Positions 46,505-56,970 of a stretch of 64,000 nt of DNA are shown here, one piece after another. Source of the stretch: Candidatus Latescibacterota bacterium (GTDB lineage Bacteria > Latescibacterota > UBA2968 > UBA8231). The stretch spans positions 2,784,001 to 2,848,000 of the forward strand of contig OZ242005.1 of the NCBI GenBank assembly GCA_965204725.1, in the 5' to 3' direction. Each line of letters opens with the position of its first letter. Position 1 is the stretch's first letter. The notes beneath the pieces were generated by a model. That model did no database searches, was not told the origin of the DNA, and was given only the letters and a program-made list of their open reading frames with translations. The position numbers were made by a program, and so were the translations under genes.

Positions 46505-49060
46505 ATGAAGCCTCTATATCGCCTTAATATCGTTCCGTCCCTGCCCGAGCAACTGACGCCGCTGTGGGAGTTGGGGCACAACCTCTGGTGGACTTGGAGC
46601 AAGGAAACCATCCGCACCCTCTACCAGATCGACCCAGAAACTTGGACCGAAAGCCAGCGCGATCCCCTGCGCTTTTGGGCCTCCCTGCGGCCGGACCAGC
46701 TCGATGCCCTAATCGACGACGCGCAACTGCGGAGCCGCGTCGAGCGCGTCGTCGAGCAATTCGAGGGCTATTTGTCTCAACCGACGTGGTTTGGCCAGAC
46801 GCACGGCGAGTGCCGGTTACAGGTTGCGTACTTCTCGGCGGAATTCGGCCTGACCGAGAGCCTCCGCATCTATTCGGGTGGCTTGGGCGTGCTCGCCGGC
46901 GATCACCTCAAGGCCGCTAGCGATCTAGGGGTCCCTCTCGTCGGGGTCGGCTTGCTCTACCGCGAGGGCTATTTCCGCCAAGCCCTCAACGCCGACGGCT
47001 GGCAGATAGAGCAAAACCCGGAAAACGACTTCTTCCAGATGCCCGTCCAGCCGGTCCACGCCCGCGACGGCGAGCACCTGACCATTGAGGTTCCCTTTGT
47101 CCACGGCTTGGTGCCGGCGCGGATATGGCAGGTGCAGGTGGGCCGGGTGCGGCTCTATTTGCTCGATACCAACCTCGACGAAAACGCCCCTGCAGACCGC
47201 GATATTACCGCCCGCCTCTACGGCGGCGACGCGGCCATGCGCCTCCGGCAGGAGATCCTCCTCGGCATCGGCGGCCTGCGCGCCCTTCAAGCCGTGGGCG
47301 TCGAACCCACCATCTGCCATATCAACGAGGGGCACTCGGCCTTTTTGGCCCTAGAGCGGATTCGCCGGCTAATGGCCGAGCACGGCTATTCGTTTGACAC
47401 GGCGCGCGAGGCCAGCATCGTGGGCAATGTGTTCACCACGCACACCCCGGTTGCAGCGGGCAACGACTGGTTTCCCGCAGACTTGGTCGAGGCGCACTTG
47501 GGCTACTTCCGCGAGTGGCTCGGCCTGTCGCACGAGGAATTTATCGGCTTGGGCCGCGTTGACCCCCGCGACCTCCATGCCGACTTCTGCATGACGGTCT
47601 TGGCGCTCAGGCTCTCGGGTCGGGCCAATGGCGTCAGCCGCCTGCACGGCGCGGTTAGCCGCCGTATATGGCAGGGCCTGTGGCCCGACTTTTCAGAGCA
47701 CGAGATCCCCATTGGCCACGTCACCAACGGCGTCCATCTCCACACGTGGGTTTCGCTGGAAATGGCCGAGCTGTTAGACCGCCATCTCGGCGACGTCTGG
47801 TGCTTTGCAGCGGCCGACGAGCGAGACTGGGCCCCGGTCTATCGCATCCCCGACCGCGAGTTGTGGGACACGCACCAGCACCGGCGCAAGCGGCTGATTG
47901 ACGTAACGAGCCATCACCTGCGCCAGCAGATGCAGGGCCAAGGGGTGCTGGCGGTCAAAATTGAACAGGCCCTCGCACGGCTCGACCCGGAGGTGCTGAC
48001 CATTGGCTTTGCTCGCCGCTTTGCCACCTACAAGCGCGGCAACCTGATCTTCCGCAATATCGAGCGGCTCAAGGCCCTGTTTTCCGACTCGCAACGGCCC
48101 GTGCAGATTCTCTTCGCCGGCAAGGCCCACCCCCGCGACGACGCTGGCAAGGAGCTGATCCGCCAAGTCGTTCACCTCGCACGGCAAACGCCCTTTAATG
48201 GCCGGATTTTCTTTTTGCAAGACTACGACATGAACCTCGCCCGCTACTTGGTGCAAGGGTGCGATGTTTGGCTCAACAACCCCCGCCGCCCCTTGGAGGC
48301 TTCGGGCACGTCTGGCATGAAGGCCGCGATCAACGGCGTGCTCAACGTCAGCGTATTCGACGGCTGGTGGGACGAAGCCTGCGACGAGCACGCTGGCTGG
48401 ACCATTGGCCGCGGCGAGGACTACGACGACGAACACTACCAAGACGAGGTCGAGTCCAACTCGCTCTACGACCTGCTAGAGACCGAGGTGATCCCGCTCT
48501 TTTACCAGCGCGATGCGGACGGATTGCCCGGCGGTTGGATCGCCCGCATGAAGGAGACCATCGCCCAACTCGCGCCGCAGTACAACACGCACCGCATGGT
48601 CCGCGAGTACGTCGAGCGGTTTTACTTGCCCGGGCAGGATCGCTTTGGGGAATTGGCGGCCGACCGCGAGCGAGTTCAGCGGCTGACGCATTGGAAGTCG
48701 CACGTGCGCTCCAAGTGGGCGCAAGTCCAGATAGGCGCGGTGGATGTTGAGTTTCCGCGGCAACTCAAGGTGGGGGTGCAGGTGCCGTTGCGCATCGCAG
48801 TGGCCTTGGGCGAGCTCGCGCCCGAGGATGTCCGCGTCGAGATTTACGCCGGCCGCCTCAACGCCCAGCACGAATTCGCCCAGACCGAAGTGTATCCGCT
48901 AAAATTGGCTGGGCGCAACGGCGACGGCACCTACCATTTCGCCGGCACCTTCACGTGCGCCGCGGCTGGCTCGTACGGCTACACGCTGCGCGTGGTGCCC
49001 TCGCATCCCGACTTGCAAAACCCCTTGGAAATGGGGTTGGTCCACTGGGCGAAGGGGTAG
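46505..49060 (+). CDS. glgP: Alpha-glucan (glycogen) phosphorylase
   Basis: YSGGLGVLAGD, NEGH, FTTHTP, ARRFATYKR, EASGTSGMK. Confidence 0.96.
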   Translation: MKPLYRLNIVPSLPEQLTPLWELGHNLWWTWSKETIRTLYQIDPETWTESQRDPLRFWASLRPDQLDALIDDAQLRSRVERVVEQFEGYLSQPTWFGQTHGECRLQVAYFSAEFGLTESLRIYSGGLGVLAGDHLKAASDLGVPLVGVGLLYREGYFRQALNADGWQIEQNPENDFFQMPVQPVHARDGEHLTIEVPFVHGLVPARIWQVQVGRVRLYLLDTNLDENAPADRDITARLYGGDAAMRLRQEILLGIGGLRALQAVGVEPTICHINEGHSAFLALERIRRLMAEHGYSFDTAREASIVGNVFTTHTPVAAGNDWFPADLVEAHLGYFREWLGLSHEEFIGLGRVDPRDLHADFCMTVLALRLSGRANGVSRLHGAVSRRIWQGLWPDFSEHEIPIGHVTNGVHLHTWVSLEMAELLDRHLGDVWCFAAADERDWAPVYRIPDRELWDTHQHRRKRLIDVTSHHLRQQMQGQGVLAVKIEQALARLDPEVLTIGFARRFATYKRGNLIFRNIERLKALFSDSQRPVQILFAGKAHPRDDAGKELIRQVVHLARQTPFNGRIFFLQDYDMNLARYLVQGCDVWLNNPRRPLEASGTSGMKAAINGVLNVSVFDGWWDEACDEHAGWTIGRGEDYDDEHYQDEVESNSLYDLLETEVIPLFYQRDADGLPGGWIARMKETIAQLAPQYNTHRMVREYVERFYLPGQDRFGELAADRERVQRLTHWKSHVRSKWAQVQIGAVDVEFPRQLKVGVQVPLRIAVALGELAPEDVRVEIYAGRLNAQHEFAQTEVYPLKLAGRNGDGTYHFAGTFTCAAAGSYGYTLRVVPSHPDLQNPLEMGLVHWAKG

Positions 49061-49132
49061 GGTTTGAGGTCGGCTGTCATTTGTTATTGGCTCCGATTCG
49101 TGTGCTCCCCTGCCTCTCCACCGCCGCCTTCC

Positions 49133-50704
49133 TCACATCCCCCAGATGTCGATCTCCGTCCCACGGTCCGACACGCGGCGATCCCGAAACACCTTGTCGT
49201 CCCAACGCCGACCTGTGCGCCGGTCGAAAATCACCAAATGACCCGCCTCTGCATCGCAGCGATCCATATACTCGGCGGTCTGCTCCAACCCCTCGGCGAT
49301 CGTCTGTTCCAAGCTCTTGTGGAGCACTTTGCACTCGATCACGAACTGGCGTGTGCGCTCGCCCTGCGGCCAGACGATGAGCAGATCGGTGCGTTTCCGA
49401 CCCAAGCCATACTCGCGCTCGATACGCCCGCCGCTGTTGACGAGCCGTTGCAAAAACGCCTGCAACAGCAACTGCGGACCGGCCTCTTGATACTGGAATC
49501 GCTTGACCCAATGCTCGGAGTGTTCGCGGAAGAACGTCTGGAACGCGGTCAGCAACTTGGCTACGTCTAAGTTGCCGTCGGCATGGACGTACCAAGCCGT
49601 GTCTTGGACGAGTCCCGATTGGGTGGCATAGGTCAATTCGCGCGGCACGATTTCCGCGTAGATGGGATTGGCGATGCGGAGCGGATCCTTCTGGGCGATC
49701 AAGCCCAAATCGCGGACGTATTCGAGGTCTGGGGTCGAGAACTCGCTCTTTTCGGCCCCGCTCAACAGCGGTTCGACGATGCGCCGCACGCGCTCCTCTT
49801 GGAGCTTGTCCGCCAATTGGTCGAGGTGCGTTTCGCGGCGGAGGATGAGCTGCTCTTGCGCCTCGACGATGGCCGCCGCCGTGATTGGATCGCGCCGGTC
49901 TGCGGCCCCATCGCGGAAGCAGGTTTGGTCTGCCAAGGCATTGACCAGCCACGGCTGCCCTTGGGTCTGCGTCCAGATCGTCGCCAATGCGTCTGGCGTG
50001 AACACCTGACCCGTTTCATCGGTGTGTTGGCCGAGCAGGGCCTGCACCTCGTCGGGCGAAAAGTCGCCCAAGCGCAACGATTGTGCCTTGATGTTGAACG
50101 CGCTACCCCCGGCGATAGTCGCGTTGGCCGCAGTGGAATGGATGCGGTAGTCGCGCACATCGCGCACACCGCATAGCACCACGCTTTGCGGAAACCCTTC
50201 TGGGCGCAGGTCATAGCCCGCCCGCAACTGTCGCAATACGGACAGGAGCGCGTCGCCGATCAGGGCATCGATCTCGTCGATGAGCAACACCAGCGGTTTC
50301 GGGGACGCCGCGGCCCAGCGCGTCAATGCCTCGGTCAAGGCAGCGTGCGGACCGTGTTTGGTTAAGATGTCGAGCCAAACTTCGTCCAGAAATTCGTCGC
50401 CTATTGAACGCGCCCGAGACGCCAACCCGGCCAAAATGGTGCGCGTCACTTGTTCCACATCTTCGCGTGCGGCTTGCCCACCTTCAACATTGACGTACAC
50501 GCAACGATAGACGCCCTCGGCGTTGAGCAGGTCGCGCAAGGCCAGCAAGGCCGAAGTCTTGCCCGTCTGCCGGGGCGCGTGCAGGACGAAATACTTCTCG
50601 TCCCGAATGAGGGCGAGTACATCGTCGAGGTCTAAGCGTTCCAGCGGCGGGATGCAATAATGCCTTGCCGGCTTGATGGGGCCGGCGGTGGTGAAAAAGC
50701 GCAT
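49133..50704 (-). CDS. AAA-like ATPase with C-terminal PD-(D/E)xK-like domain
   Basis: HAPRQTGKTS, LLIDEID, REYGLGRKRTDL...IECK. Confidence 0.88.
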   Translation of the reverse strand: MRFFTTAGPIKPARHYCIPPLERLDLDDVLALIRDEKYFVLHAPRQTGKTSALLALRDLLNAEGVYRCVYVNVEGGQAAREDVEQVTRTILAGLASRARSIGDEFLDEVWLDILTKHGPHAALTEALTRWAAASPKPLVLLIDEIDALIGDALLSVLRQLRAGYDLRPEGFPQSVVLCGVRDVRDYRIHSTAANATIAGGSAFNIKAQSLRLGDFSPDEVQALLGQHTDETGQVFTPDALATIWTQTQGQPWLVNALADQTCFRDGAADRRDPITAAAIVEAQEQLILRRETHLDQLADKLQEERVRRIVEPLLSGAEKSEFSTPDLEYVRDLGLIAQKDPLRIANPIYAEIVPRELTYATQSGLVQDTAWYVHADGNLDVAKLLTAFQTFFREHSEHWVKRFQYQEAGPQLLLQAFLQRLVNSGGRIEREYGLGRKRTDLLIVWPQGERTRQFVIECKVLHKSLEQTIAEGLEQTAEYMDRCDAEAGHLVIFDRRTGRRWDDKVFRDRRVSDRGTEIDIWGM

Positions 50705-50873
50705 GATTTAAGTCTCCCGTTCGATGTTGATGATACTTCTGCTATCGGCCCCGACGAGCGGAATGTACAGTATGTGCAGTATGCGACAAAACGCTACCCG
50801 GAGTGAGGACCTTGTTTAGCACCGCAGTAATCCGCTATCTTAATCGCGCAAAACCTCAAAGGAGCAAACCGTA

Positions 50874-51896
50874 ATGACCGCACGAGAACAATCCGTCGTC
50901 CTAGTCTCGCTCACCGGCGACGAAGCCATCAAGCTCTACGACCTCGACCCCCAATCGGGCGCACTGGCCCTGCGCGCCACCAGCCCGGCACACGGCCCTT
51001 CGGGCGCGCTCTTTTTGCACCCATCGCGCCCGGTGCTCTACGACGCGCATGTCGGGGCCGCAACCCTCGCCAGCTTCCACCTCAACGCCGCGTCCGGGGT
51101 ATTGACCCTGATCAACAAGGTCGATACCGGCCTCGAAACCCCGGCTCACCTGATTACCGACCGCGCCGGCCGCTTTCTCCTCACCGCGTATTACACCGGC
51201 GGCGGCATCACAGTCCACCGCCTCGGCGACGACGGGGCCATCGGCGACCTCGTCCAGCGCATCGACACCGGCCCCAAGGCCCACGCCGTCTTGCTGACCG
51301 AGGACGAGCGCTTTGTCTTTGTGCCCCACGTCTGCCCCAACAACAAGACCAGCCAGTTCCGCTTCGACGCCCGCACCGGCCAGCTCGCCCCCAACGACCC
51401 GGCCGAGTTGGCCCCGCCAGCGGGCGAACCCGGCCCCCGGCACCTGTGCTTCCGCCCCCGCGGCGATGTCGCGTACATCGTCAACGAGCAGGGCAACACA
51501 GTAACCACCCACCGCTTCGACCCCGAGCGCGGCACCCTGTCTATCTTCCAAGACGTCTCGACCCTGCCGGCGGACTACGCCGATGGCGGGAACACCGCCC
51601 ACGTCGAAGTTCACCCCAATGGGCAATGGTGCTACGCATCCAATCGCGGCCACGACAGCATCGTCGGCTACCGCCTCGACGCGGAGGGTGCCCTCAGCCC
51701 ATTTGGGCACTACCCAGTGCCGGCCAGCCCGCGCTCGTTCAACATCGACCCGACTGGCGAGTACCTGTATTGCGCGGGAGAAGCCGCCGACCGCATGACC
51801 TGTTATCGGGTGGATGCAGCCAGCGGCGCGCTACAGGCCAGCGCTGATTACGAAGTGGGCCAGCAGCCGTTTTGGGTGATGGCGACGACCCTTTAG
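50874..51896 (+). CDS. Lactonase (6-phosphogluconolactonase-like beta-propeller)
   Basis: GPRHLCF, YASNRGHDSI, SPRSFNIDP. Confidence 0.9.
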   Translation: MTAREQSVVLVSLTGDEAIKLYDLDPQSGALALRATSPAHGPSGALFLHPSRPVLYDAHVGAATLASFHLNAASGVLTLINKVDTGLETPAHLITDRAGRFLLTAYYTGGGITVHRLGDDGAIGDLVQRIDTGPKAHAVLLTEDERFVFVPHVCPNNKTSQFRFDARTGQLAPNDPAELAPPAGEPGPRHLCFRPRGDVAYIVNEQGNTVTTHRFDPERGTLSIFQDVSTLPADYADGGNTAHVEVHPNGQWCYASNRGHDSIVGYRLDAEGALSPFGHYPVPASPRSFNIDPTGEYLYCAGEAADRMTCYRVDAASGALQASADYEVGQQPFWVMATTL

Positions 51897-53149
51897 GCCA
51901 GCCCAAGGGCCTCGTCGATGTCTTGCTGGTAGGCCCGCACGGCCCCGCTTAGAATCTCCGCCATGGACAGCGAACGCCCGGCGCAGGCCGACTCATAAGC
52001 TCCCACAATCGCTGCGACAGCCTGCATCCCGCCTAGGCCATCCACTTCGGGCTGGCCGCCGGTGAGTATGGCTCGGGCAAAGTCGTAGTACTCAATGGCC
52101 AAGTGCCGAGAGTCGATCTCGTAGAAGGAGGTTGCGGACGGGTCGTATTCGACGCCGTCGGCACCGAAGAGACGCTCGGTGATCTCGTCAAGGTGAAAAT
52201 CCGGCAGGAGCGAGAGGATTTCGCGGCCTTTCAGCTCCTTGCCTTCCAAGCGCAGCACTACGGGCCGACCGTTGCGGTCGCCCGGGGAATAGAGCGCTCC
52301 CCAGCGACCGTGGACGCTGCGCTCCCACCCCCGACCACCGCGACCCGCCACCAGCACGAGTTGCGCCAGCGCACCGGACCGCATCCGGTAGAGCGCGACG
52401 ACCGAATCTTCGCCCGTGGCCTCTACGGTATCGGGATAGGTCTTGACCCGCTCGCGGTAGGATTCGAGGGGGTGATCGGCGTGGCCTTCTGGCTTGCGCC
52501 GCACCGGCTCGACGATGAAGCCGCCGCCAAAGACGTGCGCGTACTCTCCCATGTAGTATTGGATGATGTCGCCGTAGTGGACGCCCATGTCCAAACCAAT
52601 GGCCCCCTTTTCCTTGAGGTGCCGCCAAGGCGTGATGGCCATGGTATCGCTGCCGCCAGCCGAGGTCTGCATCATCAAAAAGGGGTCGCCGAGCAGGCCG
52701 GACTCGACGATGGCCCGCGCCAAGCGGTTGGGCGGGTCGCGGCGGTAGTTTTCGGCGGTGGCCAGCACCACACCGCCGGTGCGGGCCGCGTCGATCATGG
52801 CTTGGCAGGCGCGGATGGTAATGCCGAGGGGCTTTTCCACCAGCGCGTGCTTGCCGGCCAAGAGGGCCGGCACGGCGACTTGGTGGTGCATGGAGACGTC
52901 GGTAACCACGTCGATGGCTAGGATGTCGTTGCGGTTGAGCACTGAGTCCATATCGGTAAAGACCAGCGGCGCGCGCCCGAAGAGCCGCTGCACCTCGCGG
53001 GCGGCAAACTCGGCGTTTTCCCGGCGCACGTCGCAGACGGCCGTCAATTCGACATTGCCGATGCCGCTGTCTTCCAACACCTTATAGGCCATGATATGGC
53101 GATGGCCCATGCCGCCGCAGCCGACGACGCAAAGCGGTACTTTTTCCAT
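51893..53149 (-). CDS. Gfo/Idh/MocA oxidoreductase
   Basis: VVGCGGMG, GKHALVEKP, DMGVHYGD. Confidence 0.9.
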   Translation of the reverse strand: MEKVPLCVVGCGGMGHRHIMAYKVLEDSGIGNVELTAVCDVRRENAEFAAREVQRLFGRAPLVFTDMDSVLNRNDILAIDVVTDVSMHHQVAVPALLAGKHALVEKPLGITIRACQAMIDAARTGGVVLATAENYRRDPPNRLARAIVESGLLGDPFLMMQTSAGGSDTMAITPWRHLKEKGAIGLDMGVHYGDIIQYYMGEYAHVFGGGFIVEPVRRKPEGHADHPLESYRERVKTYPDTVEATGEDSVVALYRMRSGALAQLVLVAGRGGRGWERSVHGRWGALYSPGDRNGRPVVLRLEGKELKGREILSLLPDFHLDEITERLFGADGVEYDPSATSFYEIDSRHLAIEYYDFARAILTGGQPEVDGLGGMQAVAAIVGAYESACAGRSLSMAEILSGAVRAYQQDIDEALGLA

Positions 53150-53233
53150 AATAGAATCTCCTGTTAGGTATGCGGAAGGTTGGGCGCGGCTGTGGGCATT
53201 GTCAAGGGGAAGGCAAAACGCGGGAGGAACATT

Positions 53234-55177
53234 TTGCTAAAGCGTTCTCCACCAACGATAAAGGGCTGCACGCCCAAGGCCCTGCTCGTCGGGTTGCTCG
53301 GCGCTCTTTGCATCGGCCTCGGCTCGACCTACAACGATATGATCGTCAAAGGCTCTGGGCTGGCGGTGTGGAACCTGACCCCGGCGGCAACCTTTCTCTT
53401 TTTTGTGCTGGTCATCTTCTTAAACCCGCTCTTAAAGCGGCTGCATCCACACCTGCCCTTACAGCGCGGCGAATTAGCCGTGGCCTTCTTCCTGATCCTA
53501 CTGGCCAATACCCTGTCGAGCCGCGGCCTGCCGGCGCAACTCCTGCCGGTCATCACGGGGGCCTATTACTACGCCACCCCGGAAAACGGTTGGGCCGAGA
53601 TCGTCCAGCCCTATATGCCCGATTGGCCGGTGCCCCAAAACCGCGACGCCATCTGGGGCTTTTACGAAGGTGACCCCACGGGGTCTGTGCCGTGGGCGAT
53701 CTGGGCCGCGCCGCTGCTCTATTGGGCCATCTTTGGCTTGGCCCTCTTTTTGGCGATGGTCTGCTTAATGGTGATCGTGCGGCGGCAATGGGTAGAGCAC
53801 GAGCGTCTAGCCTATCCCATGGTCCAGCTCCCGTTGGCCCTGATCGCCGACGACCGCCAGCGGCTCGGGCGCAGCGGGTTGATGTGGCTGGGGTTTGCCA
53901 TCCCGTTTGTCTTAGGCTCGATCAACGCTTTGCACAACTACTTCCCAGCCGTTCCCACCGTCAGCGTGTCGCTCGATGGCTTGTCGGCGTTCCGCGGCGC
54001 GGTGTCGCTGAGCCTGTACCTGAGCCTGTCGATGGTGGGCTTTTCCTATTTCGTGCCGCAGAACGTCGCCTTGGGGTTGGTTTTTTTTCACCTCGTAAAC
54101 GTGGTGCAGCGCGGGTTGTTGGGGATGCTGGCTTGGGGGGGCAAGGACGAGACCATGGGCGCGTACAGCCAGTACACCGATCCGATCATCATCCACCAAT
54201 CCATGGGCGGCATGATCGTCTTGGTTGCGGGGTCCTTGTGGGTGGGCCGACGACATATCGGGAACGTGCTGCGCAAGGCTTTGGGCCGCGCCCCGGAGGT
54301 AGAGGACGCCGATGAAATTGCTTCCTATAGCGTGGCCGTGTGGGGGGCCGTGGCCAGCTTTGTGGTCATGGGCGTCTGGCTGTGGCAATCCGGCATCCCA
54401 CCGCTGTTGGTCCCCCTGCTGCTGTTGGGCGCATTTGTCGGGTTTATGACCATCGCCCGCGTCGTCGCGCAGGGCGGGGTGGCGGCGATGTTTCCGCCGA
54501 CCAACGGGCCGGACTTCGTCGTCGCCAATGTCGGGGGCTCCGTATTGGGTAGCAAGGGCATGGCCGGCATGGCCCTGAGCTATGCTTGGAGCGTAGATAC
54601 CTTGATCTTGCTGATGAGCGCGTGCGCCAATGGCCTAAAGCTGGTCGCGGAAATCAACCTGCCCCAGCGCCGCCGCCTCTTCGGGGCCACCATTGCCGTG
54701 ATCGTCCTGACGCTGGGCTGCGTCGTCGCCCTAACCCTCTATCTAGGCTATCAGTACGGGGCCATTAATTTGTCGCGATTTTACTTTGATAACGTCGCGC
54801 AATATCCCTATCGGTTCATGGAGAAGAGCATCCTCAATCCATTCGCGCCGCGCCCGAGTACGTGGATGCACATAGGCGTTGGCGCGGCGATCATGGGCGG
54901 GTTGATGGCGGCCCAGTATCGGTTTTTGTGGTGGCCCTTCCACTCGCTGGGGTTTCCGATTAGCTGCGTCTTTGGCAAGATGTGGTTCAGCGTGTTTATC
55001 GCTTGGCTCCTCAAGAGCGCGGTGCTCAAATACGGCGGGCTGACGCTGTTGAACCGCCTCAAGCCCTTCTTTCTGGGCTTGGTCTTGGGCGAGGCCGTCG
55101 TGGCCGGGACTTGGGTGCTCATTGACTATGTAACCGGCATGCAAAACAATCATCTGGGTGGGATTGTGTTTCAATAG
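53234..55177 (+). CDS. Polytopic membrane protein (DUF6785-like putative transporter)
   Basis: Many TM helices, RRQWVEHERLAYP, WWPFHSLG, KYGG...PFFLGLVLGE. TTG start after GGAGG. Confidence 0.75.
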   Translation: MLKRSPPTIKGCTPKALLVGLLGALCIGLGSTYNDMIVKGSGLAVWNLTPAATFLFFVLVIFLNPLLKRLHPHLPLQRGELAVAFFLILLANTLSSRGLPAQLLPVITGAYYYATPENGWAEIVQPYMPDWPVPQNRDAIWGFYEGDPTGSVPWAIWAAPLLYWAIFGLALFLAMVCLMVIVRRQWVEHERLAYPMVQLPLALIADDRQRLGRSGLMWLGFAIPFVLGSINALHNYFPAVPTVSVSLDGLSAFRGAVSLSLYLSLSMVGFSYFVPQNVALGLVFFHLVNVVQRGLLGMLAWGGKDETMGAYSQYTDPIIIHQSMGGMIVLVAGSLWVGRRHIGNVLRKALGRAPEVEDADEIASYSVAVWGAVASFVVMGVWLWQSGIPPLLVPLLLLGAFVGFMTIARVVAQGGVAAMFPPTNGPDFVVANVGGSVLGSKGMAGMALSYAWSVDTLILLMSACANGLKLVAEINLPQRRRLFGATIAVIVLTLGCVVALTLYLGYQYGAINLSRFYFDNVAQYPYRFMEKSILNPFAPRPSTWMHIGVGAAIMGGLMAAQYRFLWWPFHSLGFPISCVFGKMWFSVFIAWLLKSAVLKYGGLTLLNRLKPFFLGLVLGEAVVAGTWVLIDYVTGMQNNHLGGIVFQ

Positions 55178-55242
55178 CAGGGGGTTATAAGTAGCGTTCT
55201 TACAATTAGGGTTCCAGTTTCTGATTCGGCTTGGTCCTTTTC

Positions 55243-55268
55243 TGGATTCCCGCTTTCGCGGGAATGAC
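55243..55268. repeat. Third copy of the GTCATTCCCGCGAAAGCGGGAATCCA palindrome
   Basis: TGGATTCCCGCTTTCGCGGGAATGAC, without the TATAGCAATCC ends. Confidence 0.85.
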
Positions 55269-55341
55269 CCCTAGCGTCGTCGTGTAAGACTAGCCAAAGG
55301 CAACTCTTGAAAGGGGCCGTTGAAACGGCTATCTTAGTCTC

Positions 55342-56175
55342 ATGATGACGCCCGACCAACGCTACTTCTTCGATTTGACCGGCTATCTCCACTTGCGCGG
55401 CGTGCTCAGCGCAGCCGAGCTCGCGCCCGCCCAAGCCGCGGCCGACCGCTACATCAACATGCCGCCCGAAGAGTGGCCCCCCGAATTTGGCGCGGATCGC
55501 ACGCGCCGCGACCTCACCCCCTATCAGCACGGCTTTGCCTTCGACAAAAGCCTCGAAGTGCTCACCCGGCATCCGGCGACTTGGCCCATCCTCATGGAAC
55601 TCACCGACCGCCGGCCGCGCTTCAACGGCGGCACCTTGGGCTACAACCGCCACGGCCACCGCTTCCACCGCTTGCACGCCGGATGGCAGCCCTCCAAGCG
55701 GCCCGACGTGCGGCGGTACTACCTCGAGGACGGCCAAGTCCGCTGTACGGACTTTATTTTCTTTTTTTACTTGACCGATGTGTTCCCCGGCGACGGCGGC
55801 CTCATCGTCTTGCCCGGCTCGCACAAGGCTCACTTCGACCGGCCCCAAGGGATGTTTTACCCCGGTGCCGAAGGCGACGCCGACTATGTTGCCGACGCGG
55901 TGCCCCCGGGCGTCCACAATGTCTGCGCCCGCGCCGGCGATGTCGTCATCATGCCCGAGCACCTCATGCACGGCGCGCTCACTTGGCAACCCCGCGACCG
56001 CGACCGCCGCTTCCTCATCCTGCGCTACAACGTCCAGCACATGCTCACCGGCCAGCGCCGCCCCTTTCCCGAGGCCATTCGCCAGCGGCTCGACCCCGAG
56101 ACGATTGACCTGCTCGAACTGGCCCCGTACTACGAGTACAAAAACATCGTCAAGAAGCGCGAAAACATCGCCTAG
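55342..56175 (+). CDS. Phytanoyl-CoA dioxygenase (PhyH)-family protein
   Basis: FDLTGYL, LHAG, GGLIVLPGSHK, AGDVV, MHG, RR. Confidence 0.88.
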   Translation: MMTPDQRYFFDLTGYLHLRGVLSAAELAPAQAAADRYINMPPEEWPPEFGADRTRRDLTPYQHGFAFDKSLEVLTRHPATWPILMELTDRRPRFNGGTLGYNRHGHRFHRLHAGWQPSKRPDVRRYYLEDGQVRCTDFIFFFYLTDVFPGDGGLIVLPGSHKAHFDRPQGMFYPGAEGDADYVADAVPPGVHNVCARAGDVVIMPEHLMHGALTWQPRDRDRRFLILRYNVQHMLTGQRRPFPEAIRQRLDPETIDLLELAPYYEYKNIVKKRENIA

Positions 56176-56255
56176 CCCCGTGCTGAGTCACAAGGGTTGA
56201 CAGGGCCCTTCTTGGATTGAACATTTGTATAGGCCAATCAAACCGGAGGGCAGCC

Positions 56256-56795
56256 ATGTGGAACAGGAGATTCACGGTCGATGTAGGGCGCGGGTGGGCC
56301 GATCTGCTCACGCCAATCAATTACTATCGCATCCACTGCAAGGCATTTCGCTTGGATGTGGTCGTGCAAACGGGGGCCGAGATCTTGCCGGGGGTCGTCA
56401 TCTACCCGCAGATCATGGCCGTCTGCGGCCTCACCGTAAAGACCCGGCGCGAGCGGGACATCTATCGCGGGGCCCCGAGCCTCGTAGCAGAGGTTTTCCC
56501 GCACGCCGAGCCGTCCGCCAACCTAATGGAAAAGTCGCAAGAGCTGTTGGCAGAAGCCGGCGTCATCGAGTACATCGCCTCCGGCGGCAGCGCGGGGAAT
56601 ACGACTTGGTTCCGATTGGCCGATGGGCGCTATCAGGAGGTCGCGCCCAGTGCCGATGGCTTCATTCGCAGCGCGGCCCTCCCGGGCTTTTGGATGGACC
56701 TAGAGGCGCAAAGAAAGGGTGCTTACCAGCGAGTATTCCATGGAATCCACCAAGGCATTGCGACCGACCTCGACGAGAAGTATCGGGCACTATAA
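56256..56795 (+). CDS. Divergent or N-truncated Uma2-family protein
   Basis: GAPSLVAEV, AEAGVIEY, IRSAALPGFWMD. Confidence 0.6.
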   Translation: MWNRRFTVDVGRGWADLLTPINYYRIHCKAFRLDVVVQTGAEILPGVVIYPQIMAVCGLTVKTRRERDIYRGAPSLVAEVFPHAEPSANLMEKSQELLAEAGVIEYIASGGSAGNTTWFRLADGRYQEVAPSADGFIRSAALPGFWMDLEAQRKGAYQRVFHGIHQGIATDLDEKYRAL

Positions 56796-56968
56796 CCGTC
56801 CTACATCCTTCATACGGGATGTTGTGCATGGATTTTTGGGTATGAGATACTTCGCTGCGCTCAGTATGACAAGGTGTGGGGCACGCAGCCCTCGTCTGGG
56901 TGTCATGCTGAGCGTAGCGCAGCGCAGCGAAGCATCTCTACATGCTTTCGAGTCATAGGATTGCTATA
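56791..56968. mobile_element. MITE-like element, copy 4 (inverted relative to copy 3)
   Basis: TATAACCGTCCTACATCCTTCA...GAGATACTTCGCTGCGCTCAGTATGACA...TGTCATGCTGAGCG...GAAGCATCTCTACATGC...TAGGATTGCTATA. Confidence 0.85.
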
Positions 56969-56970
56969 GC

